Below are positions 1 through 8,854 of a stretch of 14,160 nucleotides of DNA, piece after piece. Numbering within the stretch: position 1 is the first letter of the stretch; every line of letters starts with the position of its first letter. The notes below the pieces were generated by a model. The model did no database searches. It was not told where the DNA came from and was given only the letters and a program-made list of their open reading frames with translations. The DNA lies in assembly GCA_037381445.1 (NCBI GenBank), contig JARRQT010000133.1:1-14160 (forward strand), in the 5' to 3' direction. Source of the DNA: Calditrichia bacterium. Its GTDB lineage: Bacteria > Calditrichota > Calditrichia > RBG-13-44-9. A program made the translations under genes and the position numbers.

Positions 1-1
1 G

Positions 2-1051
2 CTGGAAGTGCTGCAAAACGGACATGCGATCGATCTGGTACTGACAGATATCAACATGCCGCAGATGGATGGCCTGACGCTCCTGGAAAAAATGCGGGAG
101 CTGAACAAGCCGCTTCTGAAATCTATTGTTGTGTCGGCTTACGGCGATATGGAAAATATCCGGACCGCCATGAACCGGGGAGCTTTTGATTTCGTGACTA
201 AGCCAATCAACTTGAATGATCTGGAAGCCACCATCTCAAAAACATTGCAGGAATTGGCAGTATTGAAAAGTGCGTTAAGGGATCATGATGAATACATAGC
301 CCTTCAGCAGGAACTGGAAATTGCCCGACACATTCAGCTCTCCATCCTGCCGAAATCTTTCCCGGCTTCCTCCGTCGAACAGGGATTTGAGATTAATGCC
401 ACGATCGAAACCGCCAAAGAGGTTGGAGGCGACTTTTACGATTATTTTAAAATTGACAATGACCGACTCGGGTTTCTGATCGGTGATGTCTCCGGGAAAG
501 GCGTGCCGGCGGCTATTTTCATGGCAGTCAGCAAGACGACCATAAAGGCAACAGCACTGAGAGGATTTCCTCCCAATGAGTGTCTTAACCTGGTTAACAA
601 TGTTTTGGTACAGGAAAGCGTTCCGAATGTGTTTGTCACCGTTTTTTACGGAATCTTAAATTTCCGGACCGGCGAATTGGAATTTTGCAATGCAGGACAT
701 AATCAGCCTTTTTTAATTGGAGACGATCACAAAGTCTCAATGTTGCGTGAGGTTGATGGAATTCCCATGGGCTTCTTGGCGAATTTTCAGTATTCCAAAC
801 AGTCAATACAATTAAAAAATGATGAAACGATTTTCCTTTACACCGATGGCGTGACTGAAGCAATGGATGAAAAAGAAATTGAATTTTCAGAGAAAAATCT
901 GGAAAAAATTCTGAGAATTTCTGCCGCCCAATCCCTGCCAGACCTGAACAGGAATGTTGTCACCGAAGTGAAAAACCACACCAACAGTCGGCCGCCGGGA
1001 GATGATATTACAGTACTCTCACTGCGCTACTGCAAGAATGACAGCTATTGA
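2..1051 (+). CDS. Response-regulator receiver + PP2C/SpoIIE phosphatase (RsbU-type), 5'-partial
   Basis: Receiver motifs LVLTDINMPQMDG, VVSAYGD and FVTKP, then a coiled linker (ELEIARHIQ), then SpoIIE motifs EVGGDFYD, IGDVSGKG, CNAGH, LYTDGVTE and GDDIT. The frame is open from base 2 and the first receiver strand is missing, so the true start lies upstream of the window. Confidence 0.93.
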   Translation: MEVLQNGHAIDLVLTDINMPQMDGLTLLEKMRELNKPLLKSIVVSAYGDMENIRTAMNRGAFDFVTKPINLNDLEATISKTLQELAVLKSALRDHDEYIALQQELEIARHIQLSILPKSFPASSVEQGFEINATIETAKEVGGDFYDYFKIDNDRLGFLIGDVSGKGVPAAIFMAVSKTTIKATALRGFPPNECLNLVNNVLVQESVPNVFVTVFYGILNFRTGELEFCNAGHNQPFLIGDDHKVSMLREVDGIPMGFLANFQYSKQSIQLKNDETIFLYTDGVTEAMDEKEIEFSEKNLEKILRISAAQSLPDLNRNVVTEVKNHTNSRPPGDDITVLSLRYCKNDSY

Positions 1052-1368
1052 ATCCTGCTCAATGATCTCGATAAATGGCCTAGTGGTTGAATTGCCTTGA
1101 AAAAATTAAAAAGAAACCCGCAACAGCAATTTCGCAATCTAATCATACAAAAAATTTACAACTAAAAAACTCTAAACAAGACCTCTCTATCACGGTATAA
1201 CCAGCTTTTTCTTCAATACCCTCATTTGCGCAAAATAGACAAAATTTTGCCCCTTATCGACAAGAAATTTCATTCGGTTTTTGCTACATTTAAAGCAGTT
1301 ATTGGCTGAAAAAATTTCAACGAATCTCTGCCTGTATTTTCAGTATCCACGATGGAAGTCGATCGAAT

Positions 1369-1812
1369 ATGAAAAGAATAAAACCCTTAATCGGAAAATA
1401 CCAGAAATTTAGGAAGATAAAGCTGCCATCCGGGAAAATAATCGACAGGCAGCAAATCGGCGATGATGAACCGCCGAGGATTCCTTTTGACAGCGAAATT
1501 GAAATCATTCCGGCATTTGAAGAAAAGGATTACCTGGCGGGAAGAGAGGGCATTGTCTGGGCCACTTATGATAAACGGCAGGCAGAAATCATTCGCGATG
1601 CCCTGTCAACCCAAAACATTTCTTGCGAGATAAAAAATGGATTCCTGAGAAGCCGGAGGCTGTATATGCTGAGAATCCCCGAAAACAGGGATATACACTC
1701 TGCTATTGATTTCATCTGGCGGGAAAACAGCGGTTTGCGACTAAAACCGGACTGGGAGTACCCGGCGGGAAGTGAGAATAAGAGCTTCAGGAAGTGGACT
1801 GATGGTTACTGA
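1369..1812 (+). CDS. Hypothetical protein; C-terminal half weakly resembles the DUF2007-type small alpha/beta domain
   Basis: 147-aa ORF co-oriented with its neighbours. The segment VWATYDKRQAEIIRDALSTQNI..LYMLRIPE..AIDFI resembles DUF2007-like proteins. The start codon is uncertain (no clear RBS). Confidence 0.65.
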   Translation: MKRIKPLIGKYQKFRKIKLPSGKIIDRQQIGDDEPPRIPFDSEIEIIPAFEEKDYLAGREGIVWATYDKRQAEIIRDALSTQNISCEIKNGFLRSRRLYMLRIPENRDIHSAIDFIWRENSGLRLKPDWEYPAGSENKSFRKWTDGY

Positions 1813-1881
1813 AGCGCATTAGGATATAATTTGGCTCATATTAAAAATCAAATTATTAACCAACCCTAAGGAGGAAGTGTC

Positions 1882-2352
1882 ATGAAGTCTTTAAACAGAA
1901 TTCTTCTCGCAATATCAGTCTTCACAATTCTTGCATCGAACCACTTGGTTGCACAGGAATGGTCTGCCAAGCAATTGGAAGTCTGGAAGAATGTCCAAAC
2001 ATACTGGGATCTGGATGCCAAACGTGATCTGGATGGCTTCATGAGTTATTTCGATGAAGATTACAGCGGCTGGTTCAACATGGATCCGCTTCCCGGCACC
2101 AAGGCCGAGGCCCGCAAGTCTCTGAGCTATGATTTTGCCAACAATAAGATTTTGCTGCAGGAGATCAAACCTGTGGCCATCAAAGTCCATGACAATATAG
2201 CGATTGTTCATTATTACTATTCCCGACTGGTGCAGAACAAAGAAGGAAAAGATAGCATGAGGAGAGGCAACTGGACCGACATCCTGATGAAGCAGGGGAA
2301 CAAATGGGTTTTAATAGGTGACCACGGCGGGCCGGCGCCGGATGAAGACTAG
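1882..2352 (+). CDS. Secreted NTF2/SnoaL-like (DUF4440-type) protein
   Basis: AGGAGG RBS, signal peptide (MKSLNRILLAISVFTILASNHLVA-Q), and an NTF2-fold pattern: KRDLDGFMSYFDEDY, VHDNIAIVHYY, WTDILMKQGNKWVLIGDH. Confidence 0.85.
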   Translation: MKSLNRILLAISVFTILASNHLVAQEWSAKQLEVWKNVQTYWDLDAKRDLDGFMSYFDEDYSGWFNMDPLPGTKAEARKSLSYDFANNKILLQEIKPVAIKVHDNIAIVHYYYSRLVQNKEGKDSMRRGNWTDILMKQGNKWVLIGDHGGPAPDED

Positions 2353-2793
2353 CCGGATTCCTCACCAGCGATGATGACAACCGGGCGAGAGTATCCCTAG
2401 CAAGAGGGAAACAGAAAGGTGACAATCCGAACCTTGCCGCGGAGTGATGCGGAAGAAACCGGTTTTTCTGATTGATTTACCAGGGTATAATAATCCGGCC
2501 TTGGCCTAATACCGGCACTGGTTCCTGCTATGGCCCGTTCCGATGCAAGAACCACCCCATATCAAAGCCACCCGCCTAGCCGTTCCTGCGGCTCAGCAGG
2601 AACCAAATTACCAGCAAGGAAAACCGCCTTGTCAATTATATCTCTGGCAGAGCCCAATAAATCCTCCCTTCGAAGCGAGGAGAAGGGGGGATGTCCCCCT
2701 TTCCGTGAAAGCAGCCGGTTCCGTGGAAAAGAAGGCCGGCTGAGCCCCCTCGCCTTTTCTGTATCCAGTTTCCGGTCTTCTGTTTTCGCTCCC

Positions 2794-2868
2794 CGGTTAG
2801 TGAGCCTGCCCCTCTGGGATTGAGGTGAATTTGTCAAACCACGGTTGTGGTGAGCCTGTCGAACCATG
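2794..2868. repeat. Three degenerate 25-bp tandem units with a GTGAGCCTGTCGAACC core (REP-like)
   Basis: AGTGAGCCTGCCCCTC at 2799, GGTGAATTTGTCAAACCA at 2824 and GGTGAGCCTGTCGAACCA at 2849; the spacing is exactly 25 bp. Confidence 0.5.
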
Positions 2869-3315
2869 CCTCCATTTTGTATCCACCGCAAACTGGTTTT
2901 TTAAATAATTTTGAAAAATATCAGTCATATCTATTGATTATTTAATATAGATTTAATAAACTTTATGTATTATTGGAATTATTTGCCAGCGGAACGGGAA
3001 ATAAGCTCCTCCACTCCTGAAAGAAATTCGATCTAAGTTTTCCAGGTTTTGTGCAGATTGCTGTTCCGGATCTTTGTTTTATGCAAAAAAGGTAAAAACC
3101 AAGAGCATCAATTTAAGCCGAAGAAGTTAATGGCATCGGGATGCAAATGTTTGTATTTAAAAATATTTTAGATCAATTGGCTACAGTTGATATATCAGCC
3201 ATACTTGACATCAAGAGCAGGATGCAAAACTATAAAAATTAACAAATAAAATCTTAATTTGTTTGCTTTGGACTGATTTCCAAAACATTCAGGGAAAATT
3301 TTAGGAGGATTCATC

Positions 3316-4461
3316 ATGAAAAGATTATTCATTTTGTTTGGCCTCGTAATCTTCTGTTCGGTAATAACAGCCCAATGTCTGGCTCAAATGACAACATGGC
3401 ACCAGGGAATCAATGAAACAAGTATTAATGTTCGAGGCAATCCGGTTACTGTCGGGCATCTTAATATCAATGCGCCTTTGCCCGGAAAAGTATTGGTTCA
3501 TTTTGATGGCACGTGTATCTCCGATGCAGGAGATAGAATTGTACTCGCAGCGAGCAATACACCTGATTGGCTGGTAAACGACGGCCATACCAGTGTAGAG
3601 GCAGTGGACGCTGATGTCAACAGAAACTCTTTCTCACATACACGTGTTTATGATGTATCTGCAGGTAATCACGACTTTTATGCGGTAGTTCAAGCCTCCT
3701 CTGTGGAAGCGGATGGAAACGGTGAGGCTTCCATATATGCCAGCCTGACAGTTGAATTTTTTCCTAATGTCTCAAACGCTGCATTTTTAGAACACCAAGG
3801 AATTGTTGAAACCAGTATCAATGTTCGGGGCAATCCGGTTACCGTCGGGCATCTTAATATCAATGCGCCTTTGCCCGGAAAAGTATTGGTTCATTTTGAT
3901 GGCACGTGTATCTCCGATGCAGGAGATAGAATTGTACTTGCGGCGAGCAATACCCCTGATTGGCTGGTAAACGACGGCCATACCAGTGTAGAGGCAGTGG
4001 ACGCCGATGTCAATAGAAACTCCTTCTCACATACCCGTGTTTATGATGTATCTGCAGGTAATCACGACTTTTATGCGGTAGTTCAAGCCTCCTCTGTGGA
4101 AGCGGATGGAAATGGTGAAGCCTCTGTATATGCAAGCTTATCAGTTGTATTTTCCCCCGAAGAAGAAGTTGCGATTCATCATACCAATGAAATACCCCGA
4201 GATTACAGCCTTTCTCAAAACTTTCCAAATCCATTTAACTCATCTACAAAGATCAAATTTTACTTGTTTGCCCCTTCCTATGTTTATCTGCAAATTTATA
4301 ATCTTGCCGGTCAGAAAATCGAAACATTGGTTAATGGCTACAAACCAACTGGTGAAAATGAAGTAAATTGGATAGCTGAAGGATTGCCAAGTGGAATATA
4401 CTTCTACAAACTGCAAGCCGGTGAATATTCAGAAACAAAGAAATTGATTCTGCAGAAGTAA
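3316..4461 (+). CDS. Secreted protein with two tandem ~131-aa beta-rich domains and a T9SS type A (Por secretion) C-terminal sorting domain
   Basis: AGGAGG RBS, N-terminal signal peptide, duplicated domain, and C-terminal IPRDYSLSQNFPNPFNSSTKIKF...IYNLAGQKIETLV...LPSGIYFYKL...KKLILQK. Confidence 0.9.
   Translation: MKRLFILFGLVIFCSVITAQCLAQMTTWHQGINETSINVRGNPVTVGHLNINAPLPGKVLVHFDGTCISDAGDRIVLAASNTPDWLVNDGHTSVEAVDADVNRNSFSHTRVYDVSAGNHDFYAVVQASSVEADGNGEASIYASLTVEFFPNVSNAAFLEHQGIVETSINVRGNPVTVGHLNINAPLPGKVLVHFDGTCISDAGDRIVLAASNTPDWLVNDGHTSVEAVDADVNRNSFSHTRVYDVSAGNHDFYAVVQASSVEADGNGEASVYASLSVVFSPEEEVAIHHTNEIPRDYSLSQNFPNPFNSSTKIKFYLFAPSYVYLQIYNLAGQKIETLVNGYKPTGENEVNWIAEGLPSGIYFYKLQAGEYSETKKLILQK
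3400..4158 (+). repeat. Intragenic direct repeat, 393-bp period (3400-3765 and 3793-4158)
   Basis: Direct alignment by eye: 3415-3732 and 3808-4125 encode 106 identical residues, with 15 nucleotide differences, all synonymous. Confidence 0.97.
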
Positions 4462-4650
4462 CATTAGATAACTTGTGGTAAATTATTGGATGACAATTGG
4501 CTAAAGCCGAATAAAACGCTATGCTTTATTTTAAGTCTGGCCTATAAATTCGACTTGGATTCACCGTCTCGATTTTTGTGTTGCGGTGTTGACAGCTCAG
4601 CCAAATCATCAGGCGTCAACCACCGGATTTAAGATAATTACGGAGGCAGC

Positions 4651-5157
4651 ATGAAAACGCCAAAAGACCGGGACGCTGTCCTGGCCCGTTTCAGGAACGG
4701 ACCGGCTTTGCTCGAACAAGCCCTTTCTGGCCTGCTGAAGGCTGATCTGGATATGCTTCCCTCCCGGGGCGGCTGGACCATCCGGCAAATCGTACATCAT
4801 ATTGCAGACGGTGATGATATTTGGAAAATGTGTATAAAACAAGCGCTTGGCAACGACCGGAGCGAATTCTCACTTGATTGGTACCGGGCACTGCCGCAGG
4901 ACGCCTGGGCTGATCGTTGGGCATATGCGCAGCGGCCGGTTGATGTATCCCTGGCTTTGCTCAGGGCTAACAGAGACTATGTGATTCAGCTTCTTGATTA
5001 CACACCGGACGGATGGAATAGGACCGCGGAATTTCGTGAGCCAAACGGGGACATCGAGATAGTACCGGTAGGCTTTATCATTGAGATGCAGACGGACCAT
5101 ATCGAGCATCATGTGAATCGAATCCTGGCGATCCGTCAGGAACGTGAGGGCGCCTGA
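4651..5157 (+). CDS. DinB/YfiT-family (bacillithiol-transferase-like) metal-dependent four-helix protein
   Basis: GGAGG RBS; GWTIRQIVHHIAD and C-terminal HIEHH (His triad), plus 'QDAWA' and 'SLALLRANR' segments typical of the YfiT/DinB_2 family. Confidence 0.88.
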   Translation: MKTPKDRDAVLARFRNGPALLEQALSGLLKADLDMLPSRGGWTIRQIVHHIADGDDIWKMCIKQALGNDRSEFSLDWYRALPQDAWADRWAYAQRPVDVSLALLRANRDYVIQLLDYTPDGWNRTAEFREPNGDIEIVPVGFIIEMQTDHIEHHVNRILAIRQEREGA

Positions 5158-5187
5158 TCCGCGCATCCTGCCGATGGATTGGACATA

Positions 5188-5709
5188 CTCGCAGACAAAG
5201 CTGTTGAAGCTGTGGGCCGGGTCCCGGTGATCCGTATCAAAAACCTCCGAGCGGTTAATGATCATTTCTTCCGGTGCTGACATTACCTTCACCACCAGCG
5301 GCTCAACTACATCATCCGGGACCTGGGTGGGCGGCACGCCCTTTTCGCGATAGTCCTTGAAAAATGCGGTATGTTTATTGGCCTGCATCGCTGTAGCTTT
5401 AGGTGTCACGCGCACTGCCTTTTTCGTCTTTTTATCGATCAGGGTCAGGGCCCATTTCCCTTTGTGCGTCTTCTTGATATTGCCTTTTCCGAAAGTGCAG
5501 CCGGTGATAACCTGCACGCCGTCTGCAAAACAGGTGGCGCAATGGTCTTCACCCAGATCGAGTATGGCCAAAAGGGCGCTGTCTCCGGTTCTCTCAACAT
5601 TCAATGCATTCATGGCCGCCGCCGCAACCCGAAGCCCCATGGGCATGGCGGGACATTTATGTCCGTGAAATTTTTGGCCGAATTCCAGCCATTCCTGTGG
5701 ATTTACCAT
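5188..5709 (-). pseudogene. FmdE-family protein (copy B), apparently C-terminally truncated; its ORF runs on to 4870, antisense to dinB
   Basis: AAGGAG RBS; FHGHKCPAMPMG, CFADGVQVITGCTFGKGN. Similarity to the paralogue ends at SFNSFVCE, the first Cys of the expected CxxC..CxxC ribbon. The remaining ~105 codons lie mostly antisense within dinB. Confidence 0.75.
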
Positions 5710-5728
5710 TCATCCTCTCCTTATTCGA

Positions 5729-6856
5729 TTAGTTAAAAAATAATTTGAATTGTATGATTGATTGATAATTTGTTCTTCGCCGCGCAAACTGAACCCGACT
5801 GTCCAGCATGATCTTTGCTTTGTTCCCGGCAATGTAATGGTTAAAGCCCAATATATACCAGGGCGCATCGCTGGTTGCGGGATCCAAATCTTTGTATTCT
5901 TCCAGCGAGCCTACCAGTTGATTCTTGGGGGTGAAACCATAATCCGCCAGCAAATAATAGCCGCTGGCTTTGCGCGCGCCAAGATGCGCTTCGATATACT
6001 CACTTTGAACCGCCCACTTTGAATGCCTCAGAAAAAACTCCAGCCCCCAGCGAAAATCATTTCCATGAAAAAGAAATTTATTGCCATAGATTTTGGGAAA
6101 TGCCAGGCCGCTGCTTTGCCGGAAAGCCAGCGAATACCCGAAATCGGCTTCCATCCCTTTTGGCAAAGAGAAAAGAAAATGCAGGCGATGGGTAAAAAGA
6201 AACTTGCGGTCCTCATTACCCGCCCTATTCCCTCCGTTGCCGTTAAACATTCCGGCCGATACCTGGATGATTTTATTTGCAGGCTGTATATGTGCCTGAA
6301 CGCCGATATCCCGGGCACCGGTTTCGGCAGACGGTATCAGTGCATTCACAACCCCGGCGCGTTCCACTACCGGTATGTCATAATCCGGCTGGCTGCGCTG
6401 CAGGCTGAAATCCGGCACCATTTGTCCCAGCCGCAAGTAACCCAAACCAGGCCGGTATTCACCATAAACATCCTGCAGAGTAAAACTGCCCTCATTCTGA
6501 TAGCGGAAGATTCCCTGCACTTTATAGAACCAGTTCCCCGGCACCGGGGCCTGGCCCAGGGCCCACAACTTGGCGCGGCGGATGGAAAAGCCGGTCACTT
6601 CCCGGTAATCATCTGTGAACCGGCCTTGCAGGTAACCGTTCAGACTGGTTGATTGCGAAAAGGACTTTGAGGCAAACAACAGGGTCATAAACATCCAGAT
6701 GACCAAAACAGGCCCCACGTGCCAGCCGGAGTTCCGTCCCGCATGGCATATTTTTCTGTTCTTCAATGACGATTCCTCTTTCAAGTCAGGCCTCACAATT
6801 TGCCGCAAACTCTTTTTCTGCACTTTAAAATGTTCGGAATTCATATATAAGTTCAT
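5729..6856 (-). CDS. Outer-membrane porin, phosphate-selective OprO/OprP-like family
   Basis: FSIRRAKL, LRLGQMVPDFS, RDIGV, GMFNGNG, SEYI..GYY motifs; alternating beta-strand pattern; aromatic C-terminus (FKLFFN). The ATG overlaps the patatin TGA. The signal-like stretch begins only near residue 48, so the true start is uncertain. Confidence 0.78.
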   Translation of the reverse strand: MNLYMNSEHFKVQKKSLRQIVRPDLKEESSLKNRKICHAGRNSGWHVGPVLVIWMFMTLLFASKSFSQSTSLNGYLQGRFTDDYREVTGFSIRRAKLWALGQAPVPGNWFYKVQGIFRYQNEGSFTLQDVYGEYRPGLGYLRLGQMVPDFSLQRSQPDYDIPVVERAGVVNALIPSAETGARDIGVQAHIQPANKIIQVSAGMFNGNGGNRAGNEDRKFLFTHRLHFLFSLPKGMEADFGYSLAFRQSSGLAFPKIYGNKFLFHGNDFRWGLEFFLRHSKWAVQSEYIEAHLGARKASGYYLLADYGFTPKNQLVGSLEEYKDLDPATSDAPWYILGFNHYIAGNKAKIMLDSRVQFARRRTNYQSIIQFKLFFN

Positions 6857-7995
6857 GAAAGAAAGTCCTCGATTTCGGCTTTTTTATCTTCCGCATCTTT
6901 TTCACCCAGCTCCAGCAAGTTTCGCACATAATCGGGCTGGAACATCAGCATCCCCAGCCAGTCCCGGCCGGAAGATTTGTTGGTGCCGTGGCTGCGCAGC
7001 ATCTGCCGGAAAAAGAAGGGTAAGGCGGGTTCAAAATGCTCTGCTATTTCCCCCAAATCCCTGGAAGGCCGCCTGATAAAAGTTCTAACGACTCGTTTTC
7101 CGTAACGGGCCTCTTCAGGTAATTTTTCCAGCAACCCATTGGTAAGTTCCAGTCGCGCGGCATCCTGCTCAAGCATATCCAGAAACACCGCATTCATCAA
7201 CACTCCCATGACCTGGGCCATGGACGGATAATCCTGAACGCCTGGTTCTTCCCCTTCGCCCGCTGAGGCCTGGTAGCGTGTTGATACGGATAGAACCCGG
7301 TCGGCGCCCAGGTGAATTGCCGCGGAGAAGGGACAGTAAAAATGAATTCCCCCGTCGGCATACCATTCGCGGGCAACCCGGATTGCCGGGAAGAGGACCG
7401 GAATAGCGGCGGATGCCATGACATGATCGATTGTCAGACGGGTTGCATGGCTGACCCGATTGGGCCGCTCCCAATCCACCAGGCAACAGCCTTCCGTCCA
7501 GGTAATGGTTTGATTACTGGCATAACTGGTACCTGAAATAGCGACGGCATGAAGGCGGCCGTTCCGAATGTTTCTTTCTATTCCGGGGATAATGCCGTTT
7601 TCCGGCTTCAGATGTTCCTCCAGAAATTGCCGTAAGGGTTCCGTGCGGACCAGGCTTCGAAATCGGGAACGCTCTATAAACCCTAAGCTGAACGCATGAA
7701 AAAGCCGCTTAAAAAGATCCAAAAAGATAGCCGGCGCGTCCACTCTGAAAACCTGGCTGATCATAATATTTTCCCATAAGGCATACAGGCTGTCCACCGC
7801 CTGCTTGAATGAACCGTTGTAATTTGCAAGATAAGCCGCGTTGATTGCTCCGGCAGAAATCCCGGTCAGGATCGGAAAATTGAGTTCAGGATGATACTGC
7901 AGGAGCCGCCGCAAAAAACCAACCTGGTAGGCGGCCAATGCTCCGCCGCCGCTTAAGGTCAAAGCAAGATTGCCCTTCGATGAATGATCAGACAT
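6853..7995 (-). CDS. Patatin-like phospholipase
   Basis: LSGGGALAAYQVG oxyanion loop, GISAG nucleophile elbow, ASAAIPVLFP and the catalytic DGG. The start is placed at 7995 (GGGGG RBS-like stretch); 8049 is an alternative. Confidence 0.9.
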   Translation of the reverse strand: MSDHSSKGNLALTLSGGGALAAYQVGFLRRLLQYHPELNFPILTGISAGAINAAYLANYNGSFKQAVDSLYALWENIMISQVFRVDAPAIFLDLFKRLFHAFSLGFIERSRFRSLVRTEPLRQFLEEHLKPENGIIPGIERNIRNGRLHAVAISGTSYASNQTITWTEGCCLVDWERPNRVSHATRLTIDHVMASAAIPVLFPAIRVAREWYADGGIHFYCPFSAAIHLGADRVLSVSTRYQASAGEGEEPGVQDYPSMAQVMGVLMNAVFLDMLEQDAARLELTNGLLEKLPEEARYGKRVVRTFIRRPSRDLGEIAEHFEPALPFFFRQMLRSHGTNKSSGRDWLGMLMFQPDYVRNLLELGEKDAEDKKAEIEDFLS

Positions 7996-8103
7996 TTTTA
8001 CCCCCGGCATATGGATGCTCTTATGTGATAAACCTGGTTTTCTTGACATATTTTACCGACATAAAATTTATAAAATAATGACCATCCGTGCAAATCAGCC
8101 TCA

Positions 8104-8853
8104 TCAGATCACACCTACAATGAGTTTAACCGCAATCGCCAGCAGCACGACCGCATAGAGCTGCTTCACCCATTTCGGTTTGGCTTTATGGATCATGAAC
8201 TGGCTGCCCAGTTGGGAACCGATCAGAATCGCAACCACCAGGATTGCGGTCAGCAGCCAGTTGAAATGGCCGGCCGCCACATGTCCGAGGAATCCGGAGA
8301 ATGAGGAAAACGTCACCGCAAAGGCCGAAGTGGCCGCCGCCTGTTTGGTCTTGTAGCCCATCCACATCAGCAGGGGCGCCATGATAAAGCCGCCGCCTAC
8401 ACCCAGCAGGCCGGCCAGAAACCCGGCAAAAGCTCCCACCAGCCCGCCGATAACAGCCCGCTTTTTCATGGAAAGCAAGGTTTCCGGTTCCGGCTGGCGG
8501 GAGATAAAAACCATGCGTCCGGCGGCAACAACAACCGCTGCCGCAAACAGGATGAGCAGGAGGTTAACCGGAACATAATTGGTAACCACGGCGCCGACGG
8601 GCGCCGCCACGAATGCGGCCGCTGCCATGGCAAATCCGCCTTTCCAGTCCACCAGTTTATTGCGGGCATAAGCCGGAAGCGCCAGCAGAGTGGTCAGGCC
8701 GTTGAGAAGCAGGCCCAGCGGAATGGCGACCTCCTTCACCGAAAAACCTGCCCATTTGAGCACCGGCACATAGACCATGGCCCCTCCCAGGCCCAGCATA
8801 ACAAATACAAAAGAAGCCAGCGAGATTACCACAAAAGATATGGCATAAACCAT
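8104..8853 (-). CDS. TauE/SafE (TSUP) family sulfite-exporter-like membrane protein
   Basis: Two-fold repeat of the family motif (MLGLGGAMVYVP and GLLGVGGGFIMAP), AAATS, about 8 TM segments. The ATG at 8853 follows GGGGAG and lies 1 nt after the fmdE stop. Confidence 0.9.
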   Translation of the reverse strand: MVYAISFVVISLASFVFVMLGLGGAMVYVPVLKWAGFSVKEVAIPLGLLLNGLTTLLALPAYARNKLVDWKGGFAMAAAAFVAAPVGAVVTNYVPVNLLLILFAAAVVVAAGRMVFISRQPEPETLLSMKKRAVIGGLVGAFAGFLAGLLGVGGGFIMAPLLMWMGYKTKQAAATSAFAVTFSSFSGFLGHVAAGHFNWLLTAILVVAILIGSQLGSQFMIHKAKPKWVKQLYAVVLLAIAVKLIVGVI

Positions 8854-8854
8854 T

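Noticed and set aside
2512..2547. Sigma-54 promoter (TGGCCCG...TGCA, CGGCAC...TGCT)
   Set aside because: The GG-to-GC spacing is one base too long in both candidates.
2700..2745. SRP (4.5S) RNA suggested by GAAAGCAGCC
   Set aside because: The required upstream CAGG and GNRA-capped helix are absent.
2530..2891. ORFs 2530-2823 (+), 2543-2743 (+) and 2562-2891 (-) as real genes
   Set aside because: No RBS or recognisable motifs; the Ser/Pro/Arg-rich translations are typical of GC-rich hairpin DNA.
3205..3295. c-di-GMP-I riboswitch suggested by GATGCAAAACTATA
   Set aside because: No GAAA-capped first hairpin or matching second-stem consensus.
3400..4158. Diversity-generating retroelement TR/VR pair
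   Set aside because: The differences are synonymous and not adenine-specific, both copies are in frame within one gene, and no reverse transcriptase is present.
4462..4650. attC site after the secreted-protein gene
   Set aside because: No convincing complementary arms between an AAC end and a GTT end; only a short GTTGAC/GTCAAC hairpin.
4608..5158. 8-bp inverted repeat ATCAGGCG/CGCCTGAT flanking dinB as mobile-element ends
   Set aside because: Too short, overlaps the dinB stop codon, and there is no target duplication or transposase.
5357..7536. Long + strand ORFs (for example 6023-6652 and 5371-5736)
   Set aside because: Antisense shadows of well-supported - strand genes.
7920..7960. Patatin GGGAL instead of GGGxR as an inactivating change
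   Set aside because: This variant is common in bacterial patatins, and the catalytic Ser and Asp motifs are intact.
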